Source: Mobula hypostoma
Taxonomy: Eukaryota
Length of the DNA stretch: 64,000 nt
Reading direction: 5' to 3'
NCBI RefSeq assembly: GCF_963921235.1
Contig: NC_086106.1
Location: 71,114,001-71,178,000, forward strand
In this document: positions 60,883-64,000 of the stretch, piece after piece
Layout of the letters: every line of letters begins with the position of its first letter
Position numbering within the stretch: the first letter of the stretch is position 1
Notes under the pieces: generated by a model
The model's input: only the letters and a program-made list of their open reading frames with translations
What the model was told of the DNA's origin: nothing
Databases searched by the model: none
Translations under genes and position numbers: made by a program

Positions 60883-61046
60883 CTCTTAAACTGAAAGTTA
60901 GATGCCAACACTGCGGCTGGAAACAATAACTAAAAACTGAATACCGCTCTTTTACAGCATCTATCGAAAGAGTAGACCTCTTTACTGGACAAGGCTGAGG
61001 GTAAGCAGGGAAAGTAAACATTGCTGCTCTTTTGGTCAAGTCTTGA

Positions 61047-61211
61047 GTATACTATTATGTTATCTTGGTTTCTTATGTTTAAATTACATTGTTTGTAGTA
61101 ATTTCTTTTTGGTATTGATATCTTTTGGAATTTTATTATACTTTAACATTGTATTAATGTTTATATGGCTTACCTTTTTTGTATACTTACTCAATAAAAA
61201 GATTTAAAAAA
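61047..61211 (+). mobile_element. L1-like 3' end (5'-truncated)
   Basis: T-rich UTR, AATAAA and A-tail. 9-bp TSD AAGTCTTGA (61038-61046, 61212-61220). Confidence 0.75.
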
Positions 61212-62081
61212 AAGTCTTGACAAGACTAGAACAAAAAGAAGGGATTTAAATACCACCATAATGAAACAGTAATTAGCTGTAACATGCATATTCACAAGCA
61301 AGCTTGCTGAACCTGTTCCACAGTCTGCCTGCGCAGTGATGTAAATCCCACAGCGGAGTCCATGGTTGTGACAATTGGTATCTCATTGATGCAATCCGAT
61401 AACCACTGTACAAAATTGTAACAGCACTATTCTTACATTCCAATCATTTAATTTCTCTAGTGACTATTTTGTACTCAAGTTTATTTCTTTCATAGGGGAT
61501 AGACAATTAATTTGCCTTTGATGCCTGGACAATATATTTTCAGTTAATTCCTGGAAGTGACACTCTCAGTTTAGGACCAGCCTCCTTCCAAACTAATGTT
61601 ATTAACCTGTAGCAATTGTGGCAGACTTTTGTCACTGTCTCAAAATACTGTACTCTTAAATCCCTTTGCCAAAGAACCTACCACATTTAGAAAAACATTG
61701 TATCTCTCCTTCATCTTATGATAATAACTAGTGACCTTTAATGAAAGAATGAAAGATAAACAACTGACCAATATACCTAAAGGATTAAATTGTGGTATTT
61801 TCCTATGCACACTTTTATTTAACTAGTTTTGTTGCAATATTGTCACTTCAAGTTCTTGAATGACTCAACTTTATCAGACAGAAATATTAGTAATAAACAT
61901 GCATTATTCCTTTTAAAAAATTATGAAACCTTCTAAAAGATATACATTATTTTAAAATGACATGAGATAATATCATGACAAGCAGAAGATAAGCAGAGAT
62001 TAGAAGTATTCTGTGAAAAAATCTTTGCGATGATCAAAATGACTTTAACTGTCAGATTTGGATAATCAATAAGTTTCTTAC

Positions 62082-62192
62082 CACTGAAATGCTGATGTGA
62101 GTGGAATTGCCAATCATTGTAGTTACTTCAACATCTGCTGTTCCTGAATCGTCAGATGAGCAGATTTCTTTGCAATGTCTGGAAATAGCTAA
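62082..62192 (-). CDS. Candidate 111-nt exon (phase 0-0)
   Basis: Acceptor TTCTGATGTTTTCCAG, donor GTG|GTAAGA. Single open frame LAISRHCKEICSSDDSGTADVEVTTMIGNSTHISISV. Confidence 0.3.
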
Positions 62193-62389
62193 CTGGAAAA
62201 CATCAGAATAACGTTGTGTGGGCTTTCAGCATTTAAGGCTGGTTTTGCTCCTCTAACATATTTTGAACAATTTAAAGAAAACATTTTTTTAGTGACGTTA
62301 AATGCAGCAAATCTAATGAAAAATGGAAGATGACAGCTGCAAACAAAATAAACATTGTAACTGCTTAAAGGAAAGCAGTCCGCATTTTC

Positions 62390-62925
62390 TATAGAAACAT
62401 AGAAAACCTACAGCACAATATAGGCCCTTCGGCCCACAAAGTTGTGCCGAACGTGTCCCTACCTTAGAAATTACTAGGCGTACCCATAGCCCTCTATTTT
62501 ACTAAGCTCCATGTACCTATCCAAAAGTCTCTTAAAAGACCCTATCATATCCGCCTCCACCACCGTTGCCGGCAGCCCATTCCACACACTCACCACTGTC
62601 TGCGTAAAAAACTTACCCCGATGTCTCCTCTGTACCTACTCCTCAGCACCTTAAATCTGTGTCCTCTTGTGAAAACCATTTCAGCCCTGCGAAAAGACCT
62701 CTGACTATCTACACGATCAATGCCTCTCATCATCTTATACACCTCAATCAGGTCACCCCTCATCCTCTGTCGCTCCAAGGAGAAAAGGCCAAGTTCACTT
62801 AACCTGTTATCATGAGGCATGCTCCCCATTCCAGGCAACATCCCTGTAAGTCTCCTCTGCACCCTTTCTATGGTTTCTACATCCTTCCTGTAGTGAGGCG
62901 ACCAGAATTGAGCACAGTTCGCCAA
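62390..62925 (-). mobile_element. Young CR1 3' fragment
   Basis: CAQFWSPHYRKDVETIERVQRR..MRGDLIEVYKMMRGIDRVD. Tail ATAGAAACATAGAAAA. CpGs retained. Confidence 0.92.
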
Positions 62926-63009
62926 ACAAGATTGATTAGCATTGAATGGCGAAACAAGTCGAACATTTAAGTTTGATACACAAATGTTGCAAGATTGTAT
63001 ATGTATGAA

Positions 63010-63345
63010 TACAGAGTCATAAAGACATGGTACAGAAACAAGTTACCAATGGCTATCAATACATCAGACACTCAATTTTACACTAACCCTAATCCAGTTT
63101 ATTTTCCTCACTTCCCTGTCACTCCTCTTAGGTTCATCTATAGAACTGAGGCAATTTAGCATGACCACTACCCCTACCAAACCCACACATTTTTTTGGGA
63201 TCTGGGAGGAAAGGAACTTACCTGGAGGAAGCCCACTTGATTGTGGGAAGAATATGTAAATCCAAAACAGATAATGCAAATGATTTAGATTGAACCTGGG
63301 TTGCTAGATCTGTGATGCATTAGATCTATAAACTATACCACTATA
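63010..63345 (-). mobile_element. Decayed HE1/V-SINE
   Basis: GGCAATTTAGCATG..CACAT..TGGGAGGAAAGGAACTTACCTGGAGGAAGCCCAC..ATTGAACCTGGGT is the antisense V-domain and B box. Confidence 0.7.
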
Positions 63346-63721
63346 TTGGCTTAGTTCCACTCCTGTACAATTAATATGAACTTCTGGTCAATCTTCCATA
63401 CAACATGAAGTATAAGGAAAGCGATGTTTGGATGGCATTTTGTTCATATTAGGAATGTGCTGTAGGTTAGGCTAAGGATTGACAACAATTTACCATCCAT
63501 TGGCAAATTTTGAAGGCTAAATTCCTACACTGAGGTGTGATTTGGAATTAAAATTTGATCGCTATTCTTGAGATGGGATGAAAAATGTGTTTCTCTCTGT
63601 ATGAAGTAATACTTAAATATGAGACAAAATGAGAAGTTTAAATTTAATACAGTCTCAAATATTTTGTGGAAACACCTTTTTTTCTCCCTGTCAAAAAAAA
63701 ATGCAGAAAATGCAAAGCAGA

Positions 63722-63925
63722 ATTAAAACAGAAAATGCTGGAAGTATTCAGCAGGTTGGATAACATTTATGAAGAGAGATACAGAGTGAATGTTACAGAT
63801 TGGTGAAATTGTTCAAATGAAAAGTCATGGAGCTAAGCCATTACTGATTTCTGTGTCTCTCAGCAGATTCTACCTGATCAGCATTTTCTGTGTCTTTTTT
63901 GATATCAGATCTTTTTTCCTGTGCC
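63722..63925. mobile_element. Ancient inverted PLE-end pair
   Basis: ACAGAAAATGCTG (63728) pairs with CAGCATTTTCTGT (~63879-63891). GAGAGATACAGA pairs with TCTGTGTCTCTC. Confidence 0.6.
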
Positions 63926-64000
63926 TCCCTTAAAGGTCCATGCTGATGTTCTACACTGGCAGGTTACAAGTGGCTACTGCATGGTTGAGAGTACCAGAAT

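Overview
Eukaryotic, AT-rich, CpG-depleted and roughly two-thirds transposon-derived DNA. The repeat set suggests a cartilaginous fish, probably a ray (inference): CR1 LINEs with SGNH-esterase ORF1, Penelope-like elements (PLEs), Rex1/Babar, RTE, a HERO-type element, HE1/V-SINE, DeuSINE, Gypsy LTRs and Tc1. Nearly every ORF in the track is a transposon fragment or antisense noise. There are no prokaryotic genes, CRISPR arrays, tRNA or rRNA genes. The window looks like large introns with a few candidate small host exons that I could not assign to a gene. Main points: (1) a recurring PLE-derived mini-element carrying minimal hammerhead ribozymes, inserted as inverted pairs (10-14 bp target-site duplications, TSDs, and a fixed ~35-nt arm asymmetry) or single arms; (2) a headless non-autonomous retroposon family using Rex/Babar 3' tails; (3) a fold-back-rearranged CR1 nested in a decayed Gypsy element; (4) a nearly full-length CR1 and an IR/DR Tc1; (5) three solo LTRs with TSDs. 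Family names come from recognising motifs, not from database searches.
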